A stretch of 64,000 nucleotides of DNA from Staphylococcus phage S6. The first letter of the stretch is position 1; the number at the start of each line of letters is the position of its first letter. Where the stretch lies: the sequence record LC680885.1, one strand, 5' to 3'. The position numbers and the translations under genes were made by a program. Below, piece after piece: positions 19,918 to 30,244 of the stretch. The notes below the pieces were generated by a model. That model saw nothing but the letters and a program-made list of their open reading frames with translations. It did not search any database and was not told where the DNA came from.

Positions 19918-22362
19918 TTGGCTGATGAGAATAAAACTCAGAGAAGTATAAATAATCTCAACAGAGATATGGTCAGAGGATTAGGCGATGAAGAAAATCC
20001 TAAGAACTTATCTGACAATATAAATGATTTTGATGATAGGCTAAAAAAGATAAGACGTAAAAGTAATCATGGTAATAGTAATGGTGATATTCTATCTTTA
20101 GCATCTAAAGTAAACGGTAAAAGTAGAAATGTTAGAAAATCTAATACCGGTGATGATAAAAAAGATTTCATTAAAGATTTTATAGAAGAGAATATTGAAA
20201 ATCAAGATTTTTCATCTGAAATTGCTAGGGTGTCTAGATACGATGACTATAGAATTATAGATAAATTTATACCTGAAATATCAACAAGTATTGATGTATT
20301 CGCTACTTCTATTATTGCACCTGACGATACTTCTAAATTATCATTGATGTATCGTTATGGTGATACAAATAATAAAGATGAATCAGAAAATAAAGAAGTT
20401 TTAAATGAATTAGATAGAATTGTAAAGAAATACAATTTGGATAATTTAACATATACTTCTATCCGTGAAGGTTTATTATTAGGAGACGTATTCTATATCA
20501 TTAAAGATACTAAATCTGATTTTGAAGAAATACTTAATGAGAATGATGATGTATTAGGAAGAGAAACAAGAGAAGAACAAAAAGTGATTAATGAATCATT
20601 TATAGATCAGAATCTTAAAGAATCTGATTTAGATATTGTCATTAATGAATTTAATAATCAATTTGAAAAACCTATCAAAGATGAAGAGCAGTTAAATGAA
20701 CAAAGAGCTAATTTTAAAAATGAGATACTAAAGAGTATTAATGAAAATGTATCTTTCTTTGAAAATTCTTCTGAATTACTATCTGATATAGGTAAATACA
20801 AAGGTTCTAATGATTTACAAGCATTTTTAAATAAAGCAGATGACAAAAATAAATCTAGTAAATTAAAATCTGGTTCTGTATATTTCAGATCTGTTGAACC
20901 TGAAGATATGATTAAATTAGAAATTGATGGTATGTGTATTGGTTATCTTTATATTGAACCTGATTCTGGAACTGATTTAAGAGGTGGAGCTAATCCTCTA
21001 TTATCTGCTATGAATAATTTAATGGGAGACGGTTATCAGAAGCAAGGTCAAACAGGATCATTCTCAGGTGGTATGGGAGTTACTAACTTAGATCCTGTTA
21101 CTGGTAATGTTGCAGGAAATAATATGTCTAGTAATTCCAAAAATCCTAATTCAGGAATGAATGCTACATCTGGATCATATTATGAAAATGGAAATACTGT
21201 TATGGCGTATCAAGGTTTAGTTGATGTTATAGTTAAAGGTATATCTCAAAAAATCAATATGGACTTCATTAATAAAAATGATTCATTTAAAGATATCATA
21301 TATAGATTAATACGTAAGAATTATATTATTGAAAATGGTATTAAAATGACTTTCTTAGAAGCTGATGAAGTATTTCATCACAAATTAGACAGTCAAAAAA
21401 CTTATGGAGTTTCTAAACTTAATAAATCATTATTCTTTGCTAAATTATATTTAAGTACATTAATAACTACAATGATGGTTAAATTAAATCAATCAAGAGA
21501 TAGACGTGTATTTAGAGTTAATGCAGGTTTAGATGATGATTATGAGGGAACTGTAGAAGAAATAATTCGTAATGTAAGACAAAATGAAATGTCTACAGGT
21601 TTATTTGGTGATGGAACTTCAGTTCAAACATTGTTCAATCAAGTAGGTAACTTAGAAAACATGTACATTCCTCAAAATAAAGAAGGTACTTCACCTTTAG
21701 AAATAGATACAATTTCTGGTATCCAAGTTGATATTAATGATGAATTCTTAGAATGGCTTAAGAAATCAGTTATATCAGGTACAGGAGTTCCTTTAAACTA
21801 TATTGATGCTGAAACTGAAACTGATTATGCACGTTCATTATCAATGCAGAATAATAACTTTGTAAGACGTGTAGTTAACTATCAAAAATCTTTCGGGGAA
21901 TTCTATACTGAAGTTTTAAGAAAGCTTTACTATCTAGAAAATGTAAATAGCAAAGATAAAAAGTATAATGAAGAACTAAATAATAGACTACAAGAAATTG
22001 AAGCTTACTTCCCAGCACCTGTATTCTTAAACTTAGGAAACCTTAATGAAGAAGTTGGAGCTGTTACACAAATGATAGACTTCTTAGTTCCTTTATACAC
22101 TTCAGAAGCTACTGGTGACGAAGAAGAAGATGATAATGAAAAATTAAAACGTCTATTCCGTAAAGAATTAGTTCAACAAGAATTCATGTCTAATTTAGAT
22201 TATGATAGATACGAAGACATTATTAACAATATTAAAGATGAAATAAATAAAGATAAAAAGAAAAATGACATGGTAAATAGCAATAATGCTGATGAAGACG
22301 ATTTATCTTCTTCAGATGATTCTGAAAATAATTCAGACGATAATTTTGAGGATGATTTCTAA
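19918..22362 (+). CDS. large hypothetical protein (about 815 aa) with G/N/S-rich low-complexity middle and acidic C-terminus
   Basis: TTG 19918 lies 10 nt after aaaggag (the track starts at TTG 19897); contains ...MYRYGDTNNKDE..., which is not convincing as pol motif C. Confidence 0.5.
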   Translation: MADENKTQRSINNLNRDMVRGLGDEENPKNLSDNINDFDDRLKKIRRKSNHGNSNGDILSLASKVNGKSRNVRKSNTGDDKKDFIKDFIEENIENQDFSSEIARVSRYDDYRIIDKFIPEISTSIDVFATSIIAPDDTSKLSLMYRYGDTNNKDESENKEVLNELDRIVKKYNLDNLTYTSIREGLLLGDVFYIIKDTKSDFEEILNENDDVLGRETREEQKVINESFIDQNLKESDLDIVINEFNNQFEKPIKDEEQLNEQRANFKNEILKSINENVSFFENSSELLSDIGKYKGSNDLQAFLNKADDKNKSSKLKSGSVYFRSVEPEDMIKLEIDGMCIGYLYIEPDSGTDLRGGANPLLSAMNNLMGDGYQKQGQTGSFSGGMGVTNLDPVTGNVAGNNMSSNSKNPNSGMNATSGSYYENGNTVMAYQGLVDVIVKGISQKINMDFINKNDSFKDIIYRLIRKNYIIENGIKMTFLEADEVFHHKLDSQKTYGVSKLNKSLFFAKLYLSTLITTMMVKLNQSRDRRVFRVNAGLDDDYEGTVEEIIRNVRQNEMSTGLFGDGTSVQTLFNQVGNLENMYIPQNKEGTSPLEIDTISGIQVDINDEFLEWLKKSVISGTGVPLNYIDAETETDYARSLSMQNNNFVRRVVNYQKSFGEFYTEVLRKLYYLENVNSKDKKYNEELNNRLQEIEAYFPAPVFLNLGNLNEEVGAVTQMIDFLVPLYTSEATGDEEEDDNEKLKRLFRKELVQQEFMSNLDYDRYEDIINNIKDEINKDKKKNDMVNSNNADEDDLSSSDDSENNSDDNFEDDF

Positions 22363-22370
22363 TATTAACA

Positions 22371-22406
22371 TTTGAATAACGGATTAAATACAATTCGTTA
22401 TTCAAA
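22371..22406 (+). terminator. terminator hairpin
   Basis: 11-bp stem tttgaataacg/cgttattcaaa. Confidence 0.55.
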
Positions 22407-22423
22407 TTTATATTATATAAGTG
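22403..22423 (+). promoter_or_regulatory. variant promoter-like motif CAAATTTATATTATATAAGTG
   Basis: TTTATATTATA core shared with 1807 and 48751; 40 nt upstream of the beta-prime C-terminal gene. Confidence 0.45.
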
Positions 22424-22462
22424 TAGTACATAATATTTATTTATAAGGAGAATGAATTAGAT

Positions 22463-24376
22463 ATGACAAATGAAGAAATTGTTTTAGATTTAAAATTAGG
22501 TAAGTATAATGATTATTTACACTCAGATAATTATTTTGAAATTTTAGAAGATTTAAAGAAAGATATTATTAGTAATCCTCAAAAAAGAATGGAAGACTAT
22601 TTTGAAGACAATATATCTAAAAGTAATTATTTCACTTTATTAGTATTAGGTAAACCTTTTAGAGATATGAATAAAGAGTTTACGGAAGAATACTTAGTTA
22701 ATCCAACTGATATTGAAGATTATTATGATTATTTTGACAAAGTTGTTGTTAATTTTATTCATGAAGGACATGATCCAATAAAAGTTAGTCAATCTATTGC
22801 ATTTATTATTGATGAATTAACTATATTTTCAAATGAATATATTTTACCTTTAGATGGACCATCTATTTCATTATACGATATTATGAGATTGGCTAATGAA
22901 GATAAAGAAGTAGAAAAATTAATTAACTTTGATAAAGAAGATATTGACCCTAGCTTAAACTATCAGCAAATTATCAATGAAGTTCAAAAACCTAATATGC
23001 ATAAATTAATTGATCGTATTAAATCTGATAAAGAAAATGATTATAAAACTTTCTTACATTCAGGAACAGGTATTAATAAGATACAATTGAATGAGGTTTT
23101 AAGTTTCGTAGGATACAAACCAGATATTCGTGGCGATGTTGTAACTGATATTATTGATACCTCATTCATGCGTGGTTTAAAAGATACAACACAATTTGCT
23201 ATTGATGCAGAATCTTCATTAAACGCATTAATGAACTCTAAGAATAAAGTACGTGAATCAGGATACTTAAACCGTAAAATTACTTTATTAACTTCAGATT
23301 TAAAATTATCAGAAAATGAAGATTGTGAAAGTAAACATTTTGTTTACGTTAATATGAATAGTCAAGATAAATTAGATAGATTTAATGATAGATTCTATTA
23401 TGATGATACAGATCAAGAATTAAAATTAATTAATTCTAAAGAAGATAGTCATTTAATAGGACAGATTGTTCCATTACGTTCTCCTATTACATGTGCTGAA
23501 TCTAAAGGAAAAATATGTCAAACTTGTTATGGTAAACGTTTATATAACATTAATAGAAACTTATCTGTAGGTATATTAGCTACTTTAAGATTAACAGAAC
23601 CTATGACTCAAAAATTACTATCAACAAAACACTTACAAGCTGTACAGTTATCTGAATTCTCTTGGCCAGATATCTTTAAAGAACACTTTGAATTCTCTGG
23701 AGACAATATTGTTCCACGTAATGAAAAGACTAAGGTTATTATTGATGAAATGGTTATTAATGAAGATTATGAATATGGAAGATATAAAGCTAACAGTTTT
23801 AAATTTAAAGTAGGTACTAAAACTCATACTGTTAAATCACCTGTAACTCTTAAAATACCAGATCAAAATATTGAAACTATGGATAAGTTTTACGATGAAG
23901 ATGAAAATGCATTTATATTCAGTATGAAAGACTTAAAAGAGAATTTCTTATTCAATATTAAAATTAAAAATGAAGGTGTTGCTGACCCACTTCTTAAAAT
24001 ACGTTCTATATTAGAAAGTACTAAATACATTAGAAATGATTATGAAGAAAATAACTATCAAGCAATGTTCAATGATGTAACAGATTTATTACTTAAATCA
24101 GGTACAGACGTTATGAGTGTTCATTTAGAGACTATTATTAGAAACATGGTATTCTTAAATGAAGATTATAAAGAAAGAACTAAATATAGAGATCCTGAAT
24201 TTGAACCTGATATTGAATTGAAAAATGTAGGTAGTGCTATTTTAAGTTCACCTTCACCAGTTCAATCATTAATCTTTGAAAAGATTAAAGCTCAGTTAAG
24301 CACTGATGAAACTAATAACTTCTTCAGTAAAGATGGGGATTCAATGTTCGATCCGTTATTTGATTTTGATATTTAA
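22463..24376 (+). CDS. multisubunit RNA polymerase beta-prime, C-terminal fragment (bridge helix + region G)
   Basis: MRGLKDTTQFAIDAESSLNALMNSKNKVRESGYLNRKI resembles the bridge helix (G.[21 protein letters not shown]). RSPITCAESKGKICQTCYGKRL...GILATLRLTEPMTQKLLSTKHL matches the beta-prime C-terminal Zn site plus the SIGEPGTQLTMRTFH trigger-loop segment. Confidence 0.75.
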   Translation: MTNEEIVLDLKLGKYNDYLHSDNYFEILEDLKKDIISNPQKRMEDYFEDNISKSNYFTLLVLGKPFRDMNKEFTEEYLVNPTDIEDYYDYFDKVVVNFIHEGHDPIKVSQSIAFIIDELTIFSNEYILPLDGPSISLYDIMRLANEDKEVEKLINFDKEDIDPSLNYQQIINEVQKPNMHKLIDRIKSDKENDYKTFLHSGTGINKIQLNEVLSFVGYKPDIRGDVVTDIIDTSFMRGLKDTTQFAIDAESSLNALMNSKNKVRESGYLNRKITLLTSDLKLSENEDCESKHFVYVNMNSQDKLDRFNDRFYYDDTDQELKLINSKEDSHLIGQIVPLRSPITCAESKGKICQTCYGKRLYNINRNLSVGILATLRLTEPMTQKLLSTKHLQAVQLSEFSWPDIFKEHFEFSGDNIVPRNEKTKVIIDEMVINEDYEYGRYKANSFKFKVGTKTHTVKSPVTLKIPDQNIETMDKFYDEDENAFIFSMKDLKENFLFNIKIKNEGVADPLLKIRSILESTKYIRNDYEENNYQAMFNDVTDLLLKSGTDVMSVHLETIIRNMVFLNEDYKERTKYRDPEFEPDIELKNVGSAILSSPSPVQSLIFEKIKAQLSTDETNNFFSKDGDSMFDPLFDFDI

Positions 24377-24449
24377 AACAATATAATTCAACCAAACTTC
24401 TATTAACTTAGGAGTTTGGTTATATATAATAACTTTGGAGGTTTTTAAT

Positions 24450-24740
24450 ATGGAAAATATACCAGAATATAGTTTATTAGGGAAATATAATTTTAATTAT
24501 GATAAAGAGAAATTAATAATGTCTATAATAAAAAATTGTCATATTGTCTTTAACACTCTTAATGAGGATGGAGAAAGAGATATTTATTTATTATCTGATT
24601 TAGAAATTAGTGACGATGGAATATTTTCTTTTGTATTAACTAAAGATGATTTACCAGTATCAGTTCATAATTTCTCAATTAAAGAAGTATATAATTTTGA
24701 TGAACTTAATAAATTAATAGTGAAAGAAATTAATTCTTAA
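24450..24740 (+). CDS. hypothetical protein (96 aa)
   Basis: ATG 24450 sits 8 nt after GGAGG; the track start at 24435 is a TTG inside the RBS. Confidence 0.5.
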   Translation: MENIPEYSLLGKYNFNYDKEKLIMSIIKNCHIVFNTLNEDGERDIYLLSDLEISDDGIFSFVLTKDDLPVSVHNFSIKEVYNFDELNKLIVKEINS

Positions 24741-24807
24741 AAAATTAATTTTTTATAATAACTGATAGATATAAAATTTTAAAGCAAAAAGGAGAATTTA
24801 ATTTAAC

Positions 24808-25254
24808 ATGGAAATTTTCAAATTAAAAGAATTAGAAGGTAAACAAGAACAAACAATCGAATTAACTGGTGATGATAAAAACCTTAAAGAAATTAGAGAG
24901 GCATTCTTTAACAGTCAATCAGGTACTTATATGGTAAATAAAACTATCAATGACAATATTGAAGAGTTCTTCAAACATTCTGAAGACGGAGTAACTGTAG
25001 ATGATGTTTATAAACTTAATGTAATTGTTGAAGATGATAAACAAATTACTTTAGTTAAAGCTGAAAAAGATGATCAATTTAAGAAAGGTTGTTTCTACAT
25101 GGTATTTGACTTAATGGGTTCTGTACCTGTTTATACTGATTTAGAAAATCCTGAAGCTACATTTGATTTGTCTGGTATGTTTAAAGAAGATGGATTTAAT
25201 TTCTTTGAAACTATTGCAGAAGTATTCCCTACTACTATTGAGCTTAAACAATAA
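24808..25254 (+). CDS. hypothetical acidic protein (148 aa)
   Basis: RBS aaaggag 12 nt upstream. Confidence 0.55.
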   Translation: MEIFKLKELEGKQEQTIELTGDDKNLKEIREAFFNSQSGTYMVNKTINDNIEEFFKHSEDGVTVDDVYKLNVIVEDDKQITLVKAEKDDQFKKGCFYMVFDLMGSVPVYTDLENPEATFDLSGMFKEDGFNFFETIAEVFPTTIELKQ

Positions 25255-25271
25255 AGAAAGAAGCTGATAAT

Positions 25272-26819
25272 ATGGTAGTATTAAATGAAACAAGAAAAAT
25301 AAAAGTATCTGTATATCCTACTCGTATATTAGTTGAAAATTACGAGTTAGGATTTTGTTCTGCAATAGAAAGTTATCTATCAGTATGGGATAAAATATAT
25401 CATAAACATACTTATAAAGCTTTCAAATATGATGAAGAAAATAAAACTATATCTTTTCCAGCAGGTATTAATACTAAATTATTATTACAGTCATTAAAAA
25501 ATCATGGAGAAATTGATTATCAAGATTTTAGAGCAGTTGAAAATTTATTCTTTAAACCTAAGCCAAATTATGATGTTAAAATGAATTTTAAACCTAGAGA
25601 TCTTTTACAAAGAAAAGCTATAGAATTTTTAAATTCATTTAGTATATATGATCCATCAACACAAAAATTTCTTTCATTACAAACTGGTGAAGGTAAAACT
25701 TTCTGTGCTTTAAAATCAGTTATTGACAGAGAATTAGTACCTATGATTTTTGTTAATAACAATAAACTTAAAGAACAATGGGAAGAAAAAATAAAAGAGT
25801 ACACTAATGTTGATGATGAAAAGATATATGTGATTCAAGGGAGATCAAGTATTAATAAATTATTTAAAATGAAATCTAAAGAGAGAAATAAAATAGATTT
25901 CTATATAGTAATGTATAAAACGTTAAATTCTTTTATTCAAGAAGATGAAGAAAGATTACAAGAATTACTATTAAAAACTAAAGTAGGTATTAAAATATTT
26001 GATGAAGCACATTTAGATTTTCGAAGTTTAACTAATATTGATATACAAACAGATTTACCATCAATATACTTATCAGCTACACCTAGAAGATCTGACAAAT
26101 CAGAGAATATGGTATTTAGTAATATATTCTTAAAAACACCTATATTTAGTTCTGATAATTACGATAGACAAATCGCTAATAATAGAAAAATACCATCTAA
26201 ATATCATGATGTATTTATTATCAGATGGAATAGTAATCCTAAAGAAATTGAATTAGCTGATTTCATGAAAGCTTCTAAACGTAATGGTCTTAATGTAAAT
26301 CATTATAGTAAATACTTAATTGAAGAAGATAAAAGAAGAAAAGAATACTTTGATATTGTATTCAATATTATTAATAATGTCATTATGAAAGAAGAAGTTA
26401 AAAAGACTGTAGTTATGTTTAAATTAAAGAATATGATAGACGATTTTTATTCATATTTAGAAGATAAACTTGGACCTGAAGGATTAGAATTCTTAAACTG
26501 TATTAGATATTATGATGGTATTGATAAAGAAGAAAAAGATAAAGTATTAGAATCTAACTTAATTATTACTACTGATTTATCTTTAGGAACTGGAATAGAT
26601 ATACCTGATTTAAAAGCTGTAATTAATACAGTTCCTTTATCAAGTGAAAGTAAAGTAACTCAAATTATGGGTAGATTAAGATATATTGAAAATGAAAAAT
26701 TAATGTTCTTTGATCTAATTGATCATGGATTTAAGAAATTAGTTTCTCAAGGAAGTAATAGATTAAGAAATGTATATAAGAAGAAAGCTTTAAATATAAC
26801 TGATTTTAAAATTAAATAA
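25272..26819 (+). CDS. SF2 DEAH-box helicase
   Basis: Motif I LQTGEGKTF; motif II IFDEAH; motif III LSATP; motif VI QIMGRLRY. Confidence 0.8.
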   Translation: MVVLNETRKIKVSVYPTRILVENYELGFCSAIESYLSVWDKIYHKHTYKAFKYDEENKTISFPAGINTKLLLQSLKNHGEIDYQDFRAVENLFFKPKPNYDVKMNFKPRDLLQRKAIEFLNSFSIYDPSTQKFLSLQTGEGKTFCALKSVIDRELVPMIFVNNNKLKEQWEEKIKEYTNVDDEKIYVIQGRSSINKLFKMKSKERNKIDFYIVMYKTLNSFIQEDEERLQELLLKTKVGIKIFDEAHLDFRSLTNIDIQTDLPSIYLSATPRRSDKSENMVFSNIFLKTPIFSSDNYDRQIANNRKIPSKYHDVFIIRWNSNPKEIELADFMKASKRNGLNVNHYSKYLIEEDKRRKEYFDIVFNIINNVIMKEEVKKTVVMFKLKNMIDDFYSYLEDKLGPEGLEFLNCIRYYDGIDKEEKDKVLESNLIITTDLSLGTGIDIPDLKAVINTVPLSSESKVTQIMGRLRYIENEKLMFFDLIDHGFKKLVSQGSNRLRNVYKKKALNITDFKIK

Positions 26820-26839
26820 TGAAAGGTTGTTGAGGTATT

Positions 26840-27550
26840 GTGTCCATTATATCTCGTGGAGAGGCTATTGATAATTATCAATACCTCAATGAATTATTTA
26901 TAAGTTTTAGAAAAGAAATTAATGAATTTTTATCTAGTGAGATATTTAAGATTAATCATACTGATTTTAAAAACTCTATTATAGGTAGTGTTAATTCAGA
27001 ATTTAAAGTTAAGGAAGAAAAAGATTCAATATGCTTATTATTAGAAGATAAATTTATTGAATTCGACCTTTATGAAGGATTTATTATCCTTTACAACTTT
27101 AAAGAGAATATTAGTTTAATGAAAGAAAAAATTGATATCCAAAAATCTATAATAGAAAATAAATTAGATACTAGATATAATTCTAATAATAAACTTAAAA
27201 ATAAGAATAAAAAGCTTAATAATGAAATAACTGAAAAGAATAATGAACTTAATGAAAGAATTAAATTAGGTGTTTTAACTAATGCATTACTAAATATGTT
27301 AAGAATGCCCAATTCATTTAAATTAAAAGAAGAAATAGATGAACTTAATAAAAGTATTGAGAAAAATAATCTAATTATAGAGAATAATGATAGTAATATA
27401 AAATTATTAGAAGAAGATAAGAAAGATATTAGTAAATATGATTTTAGGTTTGCCAATGATAAATATCTATTCAATAAGATTAGTGAGTTTGTACAGTACT
27501 TTAAAAACGAATATGGTTTTGAATTTTATATTAAAAATGATACTATATAA
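26840..27550 (+). CDS. hypothetical coiled-coil protein (236 aa)
   Basis: ORF with GTG start; start uncertain. Confidence 0.45.
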   Translation: MSIISRGEAIDNYQYLNELFISFRKEINEFLSSEIFKINHTDFKNSIIGSVNSEFKVKEEKDSICLLLEDKFIEFDLYEGFIILYNFKENISLMKEKIDIQKSIIENKLDTRYNSNNKLKNKNKKLNNEITEKNNELNERIKLGVLTNALLNMLRMPNSFKLKEEIDELNKSIEKNNLIIENNDSNIKLLEEDKKDISKYDFRFANDKYLFNKISEFVQYFKNEYGFEFYIKNDTI

Positions 27551-27561
27551 GGAGTAAATAT

Positions 27562-28218
27562 ATGAATAGAGAATTAAGCAAATTAAGTTTAGAAGAGTTG
27601 AATGATTTAAAAGAAGAAATCAATAGATTTTTCAATAATGATTTATTTAAATTTCCAAGAAAAGGACTTGTAGAACATTTAACTTTACCTGTAGAACATT
27701 ATAATCTTTTAATAAGAAATATAATAGAAGATAGTGAATTGAAATTTACTTTTGTTGGTGCTGATATGATTATTTTTGATTTAAATGATTTGAAGGTGAA
27801 GATGTCTAATAAATATAAACATAACCTTCAATTAGCCAAAAAATCTCTATACTATAATTATGACGGTTTTTCAGATAGAGAAAGACTTTCAGATGTAATA
27901 AAAAACGAAAAAGAGTTAATAGAAGAAAGGTTTTTATTTGAAAATAATATAAAAGCTATTAATAATGAAATATCAAATATAGAGAATAAATTTGGTATTA
28001 AATTTATTTTTAGTGAAAATTTTGAAGGATACGAAATAGAAATAAATGAAAAATCTGATGAAGCAGAAATTTATATTTTAAAAAATAAAGAAGAAACTGA
28101 AAAAGATAATATAATTGAAGATAATAAAGTTACTAAAGAAAGTAATGAACATGAAATTACACATAGTAAAAAAGATTCTTTAATTAAAAGAATAATTAAG
28201 AGAGTGGTGAAATTTTAA
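27562..28218 (+). CDS. hypothetical protein (218 aa)
   Basis: RBS taaggag 8 nt upstream. Confidence 0.55.
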   Translation: MNRELSKLSLEELNDLKEEINRFFNNDLFKFPRKGLVEHLTLPVEHYNLLIRNIIEDSELKFTFVGADMIIFDLNDLKVKMSNKYKHNLQLAKKSLYYNYDGFSDRERLSDVIKNEKELIEERFLFENNIKAINNEISNIENKFGIKFIFSENFEGYEIEINEKSDEAEIYILKNKEETEKDNIIEDNKVTKESNEHEITHSKKDSLIKRIIKRVVKF

Positions 28219-28818
28219 ATGACTGAAGAAAAATTACCTGCATTAAATATTATTGCTTCTGCAGTAACTACTACACCTAAGACTAATACAGAGTTTATTA
28301 ATATGACATTTATGGTGGATAATCCTAAATTTAAAGATATGTATTTAGAATTTTCTGACATTGATTTATCAGAAGTATTTAAAAACGAAATGCTTAAAGA
28401 AGCTTATGAAAACGGTCAATTAGCAGAGTATACTAAAATTGATCAGACTTTAGATAATTACAATATTAGAATGATTAAAGATGATACAGTTATACAAATA
28501 CAACGTATTAGAGATTACTTTGAAGAATTATCTGAATATGCTGATAAATTAATATTCTGGGTTGATGAGATTACTTTATGGTCTCAGTTAATAGAATTAG
28601 TTTATGGAGGTTCATCAGATAACACATATGAATTACCTTCATATATTGACTTCCAACCTATTGACATAAAATCAGTAGTTAGAATGTCAGCTATAAGAGA
28701 TAATGATTATTCATATGCAGAAGAATTAATGGGAACAAGTGAATCACTAACAGATTCATCTTTATCAATTTCATCATTCTTATTAACATTCATTAAAAAT
28801 GCTGGAATATTAAAATAA
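28219..28818 (+). CDS. hypothetical protein (199 aa)
   Basis: ATG overlaps upstream stop (TAAATG). Confidence 0.5.
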   Translation: MTEEKLPALNIIASAVTTTPKTNTEFINMTFMVDNPKFKDMYLEFSDIDLSEVFKNEMLKEAYENGQLAEYTKIDQTLDNYNIRMIKDDTVIQIQRIRDYFEELSEYADKLIFWVDEITLWSQLIELVYGGSSDNTYELPSYIDFQPIDIKSVVRMSAIRDNDYSYAEELMGTSESLTDSSLSISSFLLTFIKNAGILK

Positions 28819-28824
28819 ATTTTT

Positions 28825-28844
28825 AAATATATATTATAAAGATG
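28825..28844 (+). promoter_or_regulatory. conserved promoter-like motif AAATATATATTATAAAGATG + hairpin
   Basis: 19/20 match to consensus; followed by 11-bp palindrome tattaataata-gaa-tattattaata (28845-28869). Confidence 0.5.
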
Positions 28845-28900
28845 TATTAATAATAGAATATTATTAATATAAATAATTTAAATGGAGAGTGTCAGATATT

Positions 28901-30145
28901 ATGTTAACAAATTTTAAAGATCATTTACACAGAGGCGGAAACCTTTCAGTTTCAATTTATACTTTATTTACTAGAAAGAATAAAAATACTGGTAATGCTA
29001 TTCATGGTGAATATATTAATACGTATCAATCAAGTCAATATAACAATGTACCTTTCTTAAGTGAAATTGAAAATAATGGTAATCATTATATTTCTTTCTC
29101 TTATAACAAATTTCAACAAGGTCAAGCACCTATTCGTGAAGATGTATTAATTAGTTATCCACATTTACAAGAATTTAATAATTTCTTAAAAGCAACTTAT
29201 ACAAGTATTAGTGAGAATTTTAATAATATTTTCTCTAATAATCAAGTTAATCCAGATTACCAACAACATATTTGGCAATCACCAAAATTAGTGTCTGGTA
29301 AAGAAATTGCTATTGCTCCTGCAGTAATTCAAAATAATAGAACTAATAATTTTGAAATTGGTTTTAATATTATGGTAAATGATACTAATAAATATGATTT
29401 TGTATCAGCTAATACATTTATCAGTTTAGTTAATTTATTAGTTAGAATTACTAATGATCCATTAACATTCAGAAATCAATGTGTACAAGCTGAAATGCAA
29501 GCTAAAGAAATTGAAAATAATCAGTTATTAAAAGGGTTATTAAGAGCTCAAGGTTTACCTACAGACATGAGTAATCATCATATGGATGAAAAATCAGCTC
29601 AAGGTAATGCTCCACGTAATAATAACTTTAATAATAACAATGGTGGAGGTTTCAATAACAATAATCAATTCGGTAATTTTGGTGGTAATAACGGAAATTT
29701 TAACCAAGCTCCACAACAAAATAAATTTAATCAACAACAATCTAATAACCAATCTCAAGGAAATTCTTTTGGAAATTTTAATCAACCTCAACAACAACAG
29801 AATCAACAATCGGTACAACAGAATGACAATCCTTTCAATGTGAGTCCGCAACAATCAGCACCACAACAAAGTAATAGTAGTAATCCATTTGATGTTGGTC
29901 AAACGGATCAAATTAGTGATGATGATTTACCATTTGAAACTAAAGGAACTCCACAACAAGATGATAGACAAATTGATAAATCTAACATGTTTAAAGATGC
30001 TGAAGTTAACAAAGAATCAGGTTCTTTAGAAGACTTATCAAATACCGTAAATAATGAAAGTGAAGGTAAAGCTAGTTCTTTACTAGACGATTTCATTAAA
30101 AAAGGTAAAGAATCAGAACAAGAAGATGACGATTTAGGAATTTAA
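28901..30145 (+). CDS. SSB-like protein candidate: globular N-domain + Q/N/G-rich disordered linker + acidic DDDLPF motif
   Basis: ATG 28901 is 13 nt after tggagagtg (the track uses GTG 28889). Low-complexity stretch NNFNNNNGGGFNNNNQFGNFGGNNGNFNQAPQQ...QQQQNQQ is followed by ISDDDLPF, and the protein ends EQEDDDLGI. Bacterial SSBs carry a similar linker ending in DDDIPF. Confidence 0.45.
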   Translation: MLTNFKDHLHRGGNLSVSIYTLFTRKNKNTGNAIHGEYINTYQSSQYNNVPFLSEIENNGNHYISFSYNKFQQGQAPIREDVLISYPHLQEFNNFLKATYTSISENFNNIFSNNQVNPDYQQHIWQSPKLVSGKEIAIAPAVIQNNRTNNFEIGFNIMVNDTNKYDFVSANTFISLVNLLVRITNDPLTFRNQCVQAEMQAKEIENNQLLKGLLRAQGLPTDMSNHHMDEKSAQGNAPRNNNFNNNNGGGFNNNNQFGNFGGNNGNFNQAPQQNKFNQQQSNNQSQGNSFGNFNQPQQQQNQQSVQQNDNPFNVSPQQSAPQQSNSSNPFDVGQTDQISDDDLPFETKGTPQQDDRQIDKSNMFKDAEVNKESGSLEDLSNTVNNESEGKASSLLDDFIKKGKESEQEDDDLGI

Positions 30146-30156
30146 GAATTAAATAA

Positions 30157-30212
30157 TATATGATCTAATATGGATAAACATCTGTATTAGATCATATATA
30201 CCTTTTATTTTT
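30157..30212 (+). terminator. rho-independent terminator
   Basis: 14-bp stem tatatgatctaata/tattagatcatata, followed by ccttttattttttat. Confidence 0.85.
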
Positions 30213-30244
30213 TATAAAAAATAAATAAAGTGAGTGAATATTAT

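Noticed and set aside
19918-22362. YGDTNN in the 815-aa ORF as DNA polymerase motif C (YGDTDS)
   Set aside because: No upstream KxxxNSxYG motif B; the surrounding context does not look like a palm domain; treated as coincidence pending profile search.
29586-29854. Two mutually antisense ORFs (85 and 86 aa) inside ORF 28901-30145
   Set aside because: They lie in the Q/N-rich low-complexity coding stretch, where alternative frames stay open by composition.
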